Positions 9,243-18,700 of a stretch of 64,000 bases of DNA are shown in pieces; position 1 is the first letter of the stretch, and every line of letters starts with the position of its first letter. A program made the translations under genes and the position numbers. Source of the stretch: Cyanobacteria bacterium P01_F01_bin.150 (GTDB lineage: Bacteria > Cyanobacteriota > Cyanobacteriia > CAKZMO01); NCBI GenBank assembly GCA_039189765.1, contig JBCCYL010000005.1, positions 1-64,000 on the forward strand, given 5' to 3'. The notes below the pieces were generated by a model that saw only the letters and a list, made by a program, of their open reading frames with translations, ran no database searches and had not been told where the DNA came from.

Positions 9243-9356
9243 AATAAAGTTCTGGAAGAGCTTAAGCCTTTCGATGGCAAAATCTTACAGACGTCACTAT
9301 CTCAAACGGATGAAGATAGCTTGAGAGCAGCCATCAAAAAAGCAAAAGCAGAATAG
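9243..9356 (+). pseudogene. C-terminal fragment of a DUF1269-family protein
   Basis: Manual translation NKVLEELKPFDGKILQTSLSQTDEDSLRAAIKKAKAE* matches the recalled DUF1269 end (DKVLEEL..F.G.VL.TSLS..DE..LR.A). Confidence 0.6.
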
Positions 9357-9502
9357 GTTTACCTAAACTATGGCAATATTATCGCCAACCGTGAAGCGTA
9401 TAGTTACGTGCCCCAGCTCGCTTGGGTGAATCATCAAAGCTAAAGGCGTACGTAGTCTATGAGCATCAATCACCGCCATGATTGCGAAAAGGATATCTAT
9501 TG

Positions 9503-10972
9503 ATGTCAGAACTATCATCCTATTGGACTTGGATCAGCCTCGATCGAGTTGGAGGATATCATAAACTGGTCCTTTCAGACCCCCAGACTGTGGTGAAGAC
9601 TCAGGTCTTTCCAATGGTAAACAAGACAGATTCTGATATCGAATCTCAGCTTCCATTGACGACTCAACCCCAAGGCCATCGGCAGATCCAAAAACAGTTG
9701 CTCGAGCATTGGCAACTGCACCCTCAGGAAAGGGGCGCACGTGATGCCCTGTGTTGCTATATTTCCCATAAACTGGAACGATGCTGTACGGATATCGCTC
9801 AGGCGTTTGGGCAACGGAGTGGGTTTAGCCGTGATGATTTGCTGCCTTGTGTGCTAATGGAACGGCGATCGCTCCACCAACTCTCCCCAGGGTTTCCGGT
9901 TGATTGGGCATCGGACAAACCTCTGCCTCTGGTGCTGAAAATTCTCAATACCTTCGATCCGAGCAAAGGTAGTTTATCCACTTGGACCCAGCAGCTCTTT
10001 AAGAGTGATCGCTTAATTAAACAATTTTTGTTAGACCACGGCATTGAACAGGTGACCGATTGGTTTTTATTGAACAATGCGACGCCGGGACGGCTACAGC
10101 GTATGTTTGAGACGCTAAATTTATCCCAGGCTGAACTAAATGCGGCTGTGGTGCTGTTGAACGTCTATCATTGCCATTATCGGGATGTTGTCTTAGCGCA
10201 ACGGAAACCTGGGTCCAGACGTCCCTTTTCACCGCCGTCGCCAGAGCAGTTACAAGAAATAGTCAACCACTTAGAGCAGCCGTTCACGACCGACACCGTG
10301 TTAGAGGCGCTACAGCAATTGGCCAATTGGATCCGGCAGGCCCAGTTAATGCGTCGCGGTCGATTTCAGTCTGCCTCAAATTTTCAGGATGTGGGGAACG
10401 CAACGGATGTAATGGCTCAAGATAGCACCGCAGAGTCGTCAGAGGATGAGTCGATTATGGCGTTGGTGCGATCGGGTCAAGGGATATTTCACGAGTGTTT
10501 ACAGGGGGCGATCGCCACTGTTATCAGTCATCGCCTCGTGCTGCTTCAACCCAAAGCCCAAACCCCTAAGTCCATTGCCAAAGCTCAGCAGAAGCAAGCG
10601 CGTTTACTCAATGCCCTGGCCCTATTTCACTGTGAGGGCAAAACCATGGCAGACATTGCCACTGCCCTAGATTTGACCGATCAGCCCCGTGTGAGCAAAC
10701 TTTTGGCGTTAAAGGCGTTACGGGCAGATATTGGCCGCAATTTGTTGTATGACCTACAGCGGAAGTTGGCCCCGTTGGCCGCATCATCCGGTGACGTAAA
10801 GACCCTCAAAGAGACGGAACAACGCATCCAAGAGGTGGTATCCCAAGCCTTTGAGTCCTTGGACGCCGACGCCCGGCGTGAAGCCCATGATGGGTTACAC
10901 CGAGGGGGACAAAGTCTCCTTGCTCAAGCTGTCTGTCAAGATGTTCAATCTCGCATGAGGCCAGCAAGATGA
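9503..10972 (+). CDS. Divergent sigma-70-like / HTH protein of cyanobacterial DUF1822 operons
   Basis: ATG at 9503 follows AAAAGGA. TFDPSKGSLSTW resembles sigma region 2.3, and LFHCEGKTMADIATALDLTDQPRVSKLL resembles the region 4 HTH. ATGA-coupled to DUF1822. Confidence 0.6.
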   Translation: MSELSSYWTWISLDRVGGYHKLVLSDPQTVVKTQVFPMVNKTDSDIESQLPLTTQPQGHRQIQKQLLEHWQLHPQERGARDALCCYISHKLERCCTDIAQAFGQRSGFSRDDLLPCVLMERRSLHQLSPGFPVDWASDKPLPLVLKILNTFDPSKGSLSTWTQQLFKSDRLIKQFLLDHGIEQVTDWFLLNNATPGRLQRMFETLNLSQAELNAAVVLLNVYHCHYRDVVLAQRKPGSRRPFSPPSPEQLQEIVNHLEQPFTTDTVLEALQQLANWIRQAQLMRRGRFQSASNFQDVGNATDVMAQDSTAESSEDESIMALVRSGQGIFHECLQGAIATVISHRLVLLQPKAQTPKSIAKAQQKQARLLNALALFHCEGKTMADIATALDLTDQPRVSKLLALKALRADIGRNLLYDLQRKLAPLAASSGDVKTLKETEQRIQEVVSQAFESLDADARREAHDGLHRGGQSLLAQAVCQDVQSRMRPAR

Positions 10973-12135
10973 GTAGTATTGACACCTGGATTGGGAATGA
11001 CTGGAGCCAAACCAATACCAGTCTGGAGTGGGTGGAGTTAATTCCTGAGCATTGTGAGCGAGCCTATGCTTTGAGTTGGTCTGGCGATCGCCCTTGGTCT
11101 CTCTATCAACAGGCATTTGCCTTATTCGGGTTTGCAACCTGGCTGCACCAACGGGCACCAGAGATTGACGGCCCTATTGAGTCACTGCTGTCGGCTATTT
11201 CGGTCTCTGAGCTATCTTCTGGCTTATGGGTAGGAGGAACCGTAATCGTATCGGTGGGGGACTTTCAAGTGTGTTTGTTGCCCGGTCCCAGTCTTAGTGA
11301 CGATCAGGTGGCGGTGCCCAGTGAGGTGCTTGAATCGTTCCAAAATGGTTGTCATTTTTATGTGTGGGTCGTGGTCAATCTTGAGTTAGAACAGGTGGCT
11401 GTCCGGTCTTTTCAACACTACGGAACCTTACGCCAAGCATGTGCATCAATCAACCCTGGACCAGATGGTACGTATTGGATCGATGAGGAGTATTTTGAAC
11501 CCAATCCGGATCAGCTCCTATTGCAATTAACGTGTTTGGCTCCAGAAGCGATTCCTCTGCCTGTTGTGAATGGCATCGAAGCCCCAGAGACCGCCTCTTT
11601 AGTCCCCGCATCTAGTGCACCATCCTCCATTGATCAAGCTACGGTGATTCCATTGGAAACGTCTGCTGAACCGCAAACGGCATGGGGAAGTCAATTGTCA
11701 AGTTGGGTCCAAGGAACCATTGATACCAGCTGGCAAACAGTGGAAGCGCTCTTTGGTTCGACACCGCTGCACTATGAGTGGCGCGTTTCCTCTGATGCAG
11801 CGGTGGCCCCTATTGTGCGCGGCAAGGTGATAGAGGCTCTCCCGTTACCTTCTGATAAACCCATCGTACTGTTGGTGGAGGTGTTGCCTGCTGCCGATCC
11901 TTCAGCAACAGACTTGAGTATTACCCTGAAAGTTAGCTCAGCGGATGGTCAACAATTTCTACCCGCCAGTCTAGAGTTAATGGTGCTGGATGAGGTGGGA
12001 GAATCAGTAATGCAAGTGCAGGCGCGGGATGAAAACCGCATGTTGGAATTGGGGTTTTATGCGGCAAGGGGCGATCGCTTTTCCGTTAGGCTCAACCTGC
12101 ACGATACGATTGTGGATGAGTACTTTACAGTGTAG
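10969..12135 (+). CDS. DUF1822 family protein
   Basis: N-terminal W.LYQQA.A..GF..WL, HFYVWVVV, QLSSWVQG...WQTVEAL, and a C-terminal Ig-like part (LPASLELMVLDE.GE...QAR...GDRFSVRL...EYFTV). Confidence 0.85.
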   Translation: MSSIDTWIGNDWSQTNTSLEWVELIPEHCERAYALSWSGDRPWSLYQQAFALFGFATWLHQRAPEIDGPIESLLSAISVSELSSGLWVGGTVIVSVGDFQVCLLPGPSLSDDQVAVPSEVLESFQNGCHFYVWVVVNLELEQVAVRSFQHYGTLRQACASINPGPDGTYWIDEEYFEPNPDQLLLQLTCLAPEAIPLPVVNGIEAPETASLVPASSAPSSIDQATVIPLETSAEPQTAWGSQLSSWVQGTIDTSWQTVEALFGSTPLHYEWRVSSDAAVAPIVRGKVIEALPLPSDKPIVLLVEVLPAADPSATDLSITLKVSSADGQQFLPASLELMVLDEVGESVMQVQARDENRMLELGFYAARGDRFSVRLNLHDTIVDEYFTV

Positions 12136-12153
12136 GACTGTTTATTCCCTCCT

Positions 12154-14670
12154 ATGGCTAAACGTGCTGTTGTTGAATTAAGGGGAAACTTACAGAAGCA
12201 GGGATTCTACGTCACGCTTCGCATTGAGACTATTTATAGAGCCGAGCATTCAGCCTCAACCATTGTGGAGGGACGATTACCCCCATCCTTAGCGCTCTAC
12301 GAAACGTTGACCCACTGGCAAAAAGACTACCGTTGGCTATCTGTTCCGAGTCGAGCTTTAAAGCCCCATACGATTCGTACAGATGGTCGAATCTTGCCCC
12401 TGGATGCCTGTGTACAATCAGCCCAGAGGCTTGTGTCGTGTTTCCAACAGTGGTTGAGCGCGGATACCTTTCGTCCCATTGACTTTCAGTTGCGTCAAGC
12501 GTTTATGCCAGACGATGCGATTGATGTGGTGATTCGGACCTCGGATGAAGCGGCCCAGGCGTTACCGTGGCATCAATGGGGCTTTATTGAAACCTATCGC
12601 TATGCGGAAGTGAGTATTAGCAGTGCGCCGATTTCTAAGCCAGGCCAAATAACATCCCCACCCCAGGAAATCAATATTCTAGCGGTGTTGGGCGATCGCA
12701 CCAATATTGATATCGAGAGCGATCGCCGTTTGCTCAATCAATTGCCTGGTGCCTCTGTGGAGGTGTTGGTAGAACCGTCCCATGTGGTCCTAAACGATAG
12801 GTTATATGACCGTCCTTGGCATATTCTCTTTTTTGCTGGACACAGTGAAACGGGAGCCAGCGGCCAGGGGATTCTGCGGTTAAATTCGACGACGACTCTG
12901 ACCATTGAAGAGGTACGGTATGCGCTGCAACGGGCGATTGGGCGGGGGCTACAACTGGCGATTTTTAATTCCTGCGATGGCTTAGGGCTAGCGCGGGCGC
13001 TGGACGCATTACAACTCCCTCAAATGATTGTGATGCGAGAAGCGGTTCCCGATCTGGTTGCACAGCAGTTTCTTCGCTATTTTTTGGAGTCCCTCTCCCA
13101 AGGAGCGGACTTACCTGTGGCAGTCAGACAAGCGCGGGAGCGGCTACAGGGCTTGGAAAAGACCTATCCCTGTGCCAGTTGGTTACCCATTGTCTATCAA
13201 CAGCTTCAGCCTTCTGTACTGAAATGGCCCCAACCGAACCAGCCAATAAACCAGCCAATAAGCCAGTCAATGAGCCGACCGGATAATGGTCGTGTTGCTC
13301 AAGATAATCAGCCTGAGCGATCGCCTATAACCATGGAAAAAGCTGATCAGCTTAAGCGATCGCCTGGAACCACGGAAAACGATCAGCAACCGGAAAATCA
13401 GAAACCGTCCTTTCTCTGGCCGTTCCTTAAACATATCGGCATCACCCTAGCCGTATCCAGCGTGGTGATGGTGGGAGAGGCTCTAGGAATGTTACAGCGG
13501 TGGGAGTTGCAGACCTTTGATCGATTGATGGAGGTACGGCCTGGGCAAGGAATTGCGGATGAGCGTATCTTGGTGATTGCCGTAGGCGAGGATGATATTC
13601 AGTATCAGGATAACCAGGGCTATGACCGCACCGATTCTTTAGCGGATGAAGCGTTGTTGACTCTTTTGGAAAAAATTTCTCCCCATCGGCCCACCGTGAT
13701 CGGTCTAGATATAATTCGGACCGTTCCGTTGAATGATAATCTCCAGGGTTATCTAGAGCAGCAACCACTGGTGGCCATTTGCAGCATCAAAAACATTACC
13801 AATGCGATTACCAGTGTGCCACCGCCGCCCCAATATCCGGCTGAATACCTGGGATTCAACAATATTCCTCTAGATACGGATGGAGTGATTCGTCGGCAAT
13901 TGCTGGGGATGGCCTCTAAGGATGTCCTTTGCCCTGCGCAGGAATCCTTTAGCTTTCATATTGCCCGGACATACTTGAGGCTAGCCCATGATATTGAAAT
14001 GGAGTGGGTGACCGACAATAAGGGAGACAGCCAAGTTCAGCTTGGCGCTCAAGTGTTTACGTCGTTGCGATCGCGAGCTGGTGGGTATCAACTTTCAGCG
14101 GGAGATATCGGCGGGAAACAGGTGTTAGTCAATTACCGTGCGGCCCATCCTGAGCAGGTTTCGCTAAAGGATATCTTGAGTGGTGCATTGGACACCCAAC
14201 TGCCGGAATTAGTTGGCGATCGCATCATCCTTATCGGCTTGGTTCACCATAGTACGGACAATCATCTTATCCCCCATAGTCTGGGACGGAGTACTCAGAC
14301 CCTTCCTGGGGTGATCGTGCAAGCCCATATGGCGAGTCAGGTCATCAGTGCAACTTTTGGGGAACGCCCATTAATCCAAGGATGGCCGGAATGGGCCGAT
14401 CGGCTGTGGATTGTCGGATGGGCGATCGCGGGTACAGTGATTGGCGTCGTTGCTGCTTCAGGTCAACCCTCTAACCCGCCACCGGAGAAAGCAGAAGGGC
14501 GATCGCTCTGGAAAACGATCGGGATTGTACTGATGGGCCTGGGTGGGGTGGGAAGTAGTGGAGTATTGCTGTTGGTACAGGGATGGTGGGTACCCAGTGT
14601 AGCAGCGGCGATCGCTCTGTGTGGAACAGCAACGGTTAGCTATTGTTTTCGCCCACCCCTGGATGAATAA
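12154..14670 (+). CDS. CHAT (caspase-like protease)-CHASE2 transmembrane receptor
   Basis: Cytoplasmic CHAT domain with His/Cys dyad (FAGHS, IFNSCDG), then a TM helix, a CHASE2 domain (ELQTFDRLM, VIGLDIIR, DTDGVIRR, PGVIVQAHMASQ) and three C-terminal TM helices. Confidence 0.9.
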   Translation: MAKRAVVELRGNLQKQGFYVTLRIETIYRAEHSASTIVEGRLPPSLALYETLTHWQKDYRWLSVPSRALKPHTIRTDGRILPLDACVQSAQRLVSCFQQWLSADTFRPIDFQLRQAFMPDDAIDVVIRTSDEAAQALPWHQWGFIETYRYAEVSISSAPISKPGQITSPPQEINILAVLGDRTNIDIESDRRLLNQLPGASVEVLVEPSHVVLNDRLYDRPWHILFFAGHSETGASGQGILRLNSTTTLTIEEVRYALQRAIGRGLQLAIFNSCDGLGLARALDALQLPQMIVMREAVPDLVAQQFLRYFLESLSQGADLPVAVRQARERLQGLEKTYPCASWLPIVYQQLQPSVLKWPQPNQPINQPISQSMSRPDNGRVAQDNQPERSPITMEKADQLKRSPGTTENDQQPENQKPSFLWPFLKHIGITLAVSSVVMVGEALGMLQRWELQTFDRLMEVRPGQGIADERILVIAVGEDDIQYQDNQGYDRTDSLADEALLTLLEKISPHRPTVIGLDIIRTVPLNDNLQGYLEQQPLVAICSIKNITNAITSVPPPPQYPAEYLGFNNIPLDTDGVIRRQLLGMASKDVLCPAQESFSFHIARTYLRLAHDIEMEWVTDNKGDSQVQLGAQVFTSLRSRAGGYQLSAGDIGGKQVLVNYRAAHPEQVSLKDILSGALDTQLPELVGDRIILIGLVHHSTDNHLIPHSLGRSTQTLPGVIVQAHMASQVISATFGERPLIQGWPEWADRLWIVGWAIAGTVIGVVAASGQPSNPPPEKAEGRSLWKTIGIVLMGLGGVGSSGVLLLVQGWWVPSVAAAIALCGTATVSYCFRPPLDE

Positions 14671-14711
14671 TAAGAACACAGCCTGCTGCTATTGCCCTCT
14701 GATGAAAGCCT

Positions 14712-15497
14712 ATGAACCGTCGTCCTTCCCCTCCTATGATTTTCTCAAATCGCCTAAAACACAAGGTTTTACCCATCATCTTGACTGGATGGATGGTCAC
14801 CATGGGTTTGCATGTCCTTGCCCCACAGGCTCAGGCAAATCTAAAGAATGAGGCTTCAGATGGAGGATGGGGGACTATGCATACGGGCAGTCAAACCACG
14901 GCGGGGGGACGGGATTACTGTCCTGAAGTGGATTTAGGGGCGATCGCCCTTATTCCTGCAACCCATTGGGGCATTGCTACAACTCAAACGCCTACGCTCT
15001 GGTTCTATCTGCCCTACACATCGGACCAAATGGCCTATGGCGAGTTTCTCCTGCTTGATGATCAGGGATTTGATCAGCTTGAGCCAATTCAGTTTACCGG
15101 AGCGGCAACCGCTGGCTGGGTGAGCATTACGCTTCCCGAGCTGGAGCTGCCGTTAGTGGATGGAACGGATTATAATTGGGCGATTCAAATCTACTGCCGT
15201 CCCAACCAAGTCAGCCCCCTAACCCTGGAAGGTTGGCTCCAGGTCACTTCCTCCAGTCCTTCAGTCACCGCTGCGCTTGACGCTGGGACTGTTCCAGCGT
15301 ATCAGGTGTATTGGAATGAAAGACTGTGGTTCGACGCAGTACACGACCTGATGCAGCAGCGCCTTGCCAATCCTGACAATAAAGAATTGACGACTCAGTG
15401 GTTAAGTTTGTTAAAAGAGGGTGGGGTTAGAGTGAATTCAGAGGATACTCAGGCCATTCTTGAATCTTCACCCATTATTGGACCTGTATCTAGGTAG
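14712..15497 (+). CDS. DUF928 domain protein (exported)
   Basis: Signal-peptide-like N-terminus, plus AGGRDYC, PTLWFYLPY, YNWAIQIYC, GWLQ, LWFDAV and W.SLL..G motifs. Confidence 0.85.
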   Translation: MNRRPSPPMIFSNRLKHKVLPIILTGWMVTMGLHVLAPQAQANLKNEASDGGWGTMHTGSQTTAGGRDYCPEVDLGAIALIPATHWGIATTQTPTLWFYLPYTSDQMAYGEFLLLDDQGFDQLEPIQFTGAATAGWVSITLPELELPLVDGTDYNWAIQIYCRPNQVSPLTLEGWLQVTSSSPSVTAALDAGTVPAYQVYWNERLWFDAVHDLMQQRLANPDNKELTTQWLSLLKEGGVRVNSEDTQAILESSPIIGPVSR

Positions 15498-15722
15498 TAA
15501 AAGCAGGGCGCGGGGTGCCCCACAACAGCGCCTTAAATATAGAGGCCAAACGGGGCAATGAAGTAAAGCCCGTCTGGACAATCAAAAAATGTTGCGTCTG
15601 AATTTGTACATAACCTCATTGACTTTAGGATAGGAGGCTATGGACAGGCGAGATGCTCACTTGCGCTCCCTACAATATTTATTTTCTTTACACCATAGAC
15701 CCCATTACTGAGGCCCAAGCTT

Positions 15723-18700
15723 ATGACTACCTTCACTGGAACTCTTCACGCCGTGTGGGAATCTGTTGACCAACAGCTCCAAGTATTTCTAAATGATGCT
15801 GATTTATTGGGAAAGCTCTCTTTAATTTTTGGGCCTAGTATTGATCATCAAAGTGCGATCGCCTTAATTCAAACCCTGATTGCAGACGATGGGCAACCGG
15901 AGGTAGAAGTGGTGTCTGCGGCCACGATCAATGGAGCGAATGGCGCATTTGCAGAGACAACAGGAGTAGTCTACTTAGCTGAAGAGTTTCTGGACAATAA
16001 TTCTTTAGACACAATCACTGCGGTGTTTTTAGAAGAGTTGGGTCACTACCTTGATGGGAGGTTAAATCAGGAGGATGCCCTGGGGGATGAAGGGGCATTA
16101 TTTTCAAGATTGGTAAGGGGCGACGACCTTACGCTTGAACAGATTCAAGCGTTAAAAAGTGAGAATGATTGGGCGATCGCCCAAATTCATGGCGAAGCAA
16201 TTGCGATCGAACAGGATATCAATTTTACCTACCAAGCAGTACTCCCAGGGAACCTGTCCACCATTATTGAAGCTGCTGGCACTGCATTAGAGGATTTACT
16301 CAATATCAGTGAACCTATTGAAGTAGAGGTAAGGCGGGAGAATTTCCAGGGGAATAGGACGTTGGCGAGTGCGACTCCCTCAGACTATAAAATTAACTTT
16401 GTCGATGAAGATGGGACGTTAATCGACGATTCTTCCTATCCCATTGCGTTGGCCAATCAGATGTCTGGTATTGATATCGAGGTGGGGGCACCAGACATAG
16501 AGCTAAAGATTAATGATGCGTTAACGGGAATAACGGGTGAGACGCTCAATAACCAAAAAATTTATTATGGACTCAACGATGGAGCCGCCGCCGACCAATA
16601 CGATTTTTTCGGCACTGTGTTACATGAATTAATCCATGGCCTCGGATTTGTATCCCTGATCAACCAAGATGGAACTTGGCTCAATGAGCCTAATATATAT
16701 AAATTTGATCAATTTATATATGACACAAGCACATCCACACGAATTGCAGATATCGATGAAGCGGTTAATCGAGAACCTAGTTTAGAAAGTAATTCCATCA
16801 CGTTTGGTTCGCCAACAGATCTTATTTACGCAAGAGCAAATAATAGCGGCAATGCGCCTCACCTTTATGCGCCCAATCCATGGGAAGAGGGTAGCAGCAT
16901 TGGTCACCTAGAAAACGATTCAATCATGGTCCCGGAACGCCCTTCAGGGGCAGGACATCGGACTGTTGATCCGGTTACCCTCGGCATCCTTAAAGATCTG
17001 GGGTGGGACATCAATGTCCCTGATGTCGATAATATTCAGCTTGAAGTCGCTGAGAAGAATGAAGGGACGGGGGAGGTTACGTTTACGGTTACGTTGTCTG
17101 AACCGAGTGATCAAGACATCACGCTCCAGTATCAAACCGTTGAAGACGAAACCTTAGGGAATGATACGGCCAAAAGTGGATTTCTGGCCTGGATAACCGG
17201 GACAAGGGACTATAAGCGACCCAAAGGCAACCAAAAGACGATTACGATTCCCGCTGGAGCAACATCCTCTGGCGATATCACCATTGAGTTGATTGATGAT
17301 AATCGGGAAGAGCCAGATGAGACCTTCAAAATCCAACTTTTTAATCCGGCAAACGCGCTGATTTCTCCTGATACTCTCAACCAGGGCATCGTTACAATCC
17401 AGGACAATGATGGCAATGCGCCCATCCAAGCCCAAGCCCAGGCACCTGCGACCCATGAAACAAATGCCGTTGTTCGCAGTGCTGTGACCCATTCCTCAAA
17501 TAACGCCTTTGCGGCCACTACAGATGCTAACGGCATTGCGGCGCTCAAGACTGGGTTGGGAGCAGTTTTAGCCAATGTTGGCGATACGTTGACACTGATT
17601 GAAGACGGCATTAGTGAACTGCTGGCGTTTCAAACGGGTGTCGATGAAACCCTTGGAATGACCGCATTGCCCTTGTTGGGGCAGTTCAGTGAATTAGGAG
17701 CTGCACCGTTGGCGTTTGTGGCAGAGATTCAAGCGGCGATTTTGGATGAGTTGGAGGCGATCGCCACAGATCTGCTCCAACCGCTCTACGATACGGTTGA
17801 GGATTTGTTGGGAGATACGGTTGATTTTTCCACTATCACGGATGACTCAATCAGTGACTTATTGGAGGAGTTGCTGAGAGTGGTAACCGCAGTGGATCTG
17901 ACCAATCCTGATCCAGTGCAGGTGGCTGAGGATTTTTTGGCGGAGATTAAGATCGTTTTGCTCGATATCTTTCCCTCCATTGACGCCACTAATCCTGACC
18001 TAGACGAAACCATCGAAGATCTGGTGATTGGGTTGAGCGACTACATTACTGATGAACTGAATGACCTTTTGCTAAAACCGTTGGCCCCTATTCGTCAGGC
18101 TATGGTTAATGCATTGGGCGATGGCCCCGATGGTCTTGGAGTTTTGAAGGATGTGAATAGTGATGGGACTATCGATATCGATGATATTGGGGTCAATATT
18201 ACCGATATTGAACAACTCCAGGATCTAGAAAATCTCGATTTGCAATTTGAGCTGAGATTGGGCAAGGACGAAAATTTCAACCAAGCGATTGCGGCTGACA
18301 TTGGATTTCCAGGATTGGGGTTGGATGTGGATGGCACGGCCCAAGCTGGATTTTTATTGGATTGGGAATTGGGGTTTGGCATCAATCAGGATGATGGGTT
18401 CTACTTTGATACCTCATTTGACAGTGAATTGGACATTGGCGTAGGGGCCGCATTGACGGCTGAAGGCGTAGACCCCCTGACGGTTGAAGGCGAACTGGGG
18501 TTTTTAAAGCTAAACGTGACCGACAGTATGGAAAACCCCAGCACGCTAGGCGCAAGCTTTACCGTCGATATCACTGACCCCAACGAGGATGGCAAGCTGA
18601 CCTTAGCGGAGATTTTGCAGGTGGGATTTGCCCCCACCCTCGATTTAGACGCCAATATTAATCTGGACCTGGAGACAAGTTTGGGCGAGGGGGCAATCTT

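Noticed and set aside
15545..15680. Possible riboswitch upstream of the giant exoprotein
   Set aside because: Only weak imperfect hairpins. I could not match a c-di-GMP or other aptamer consensus by eye; an Rfam scan would settle it.
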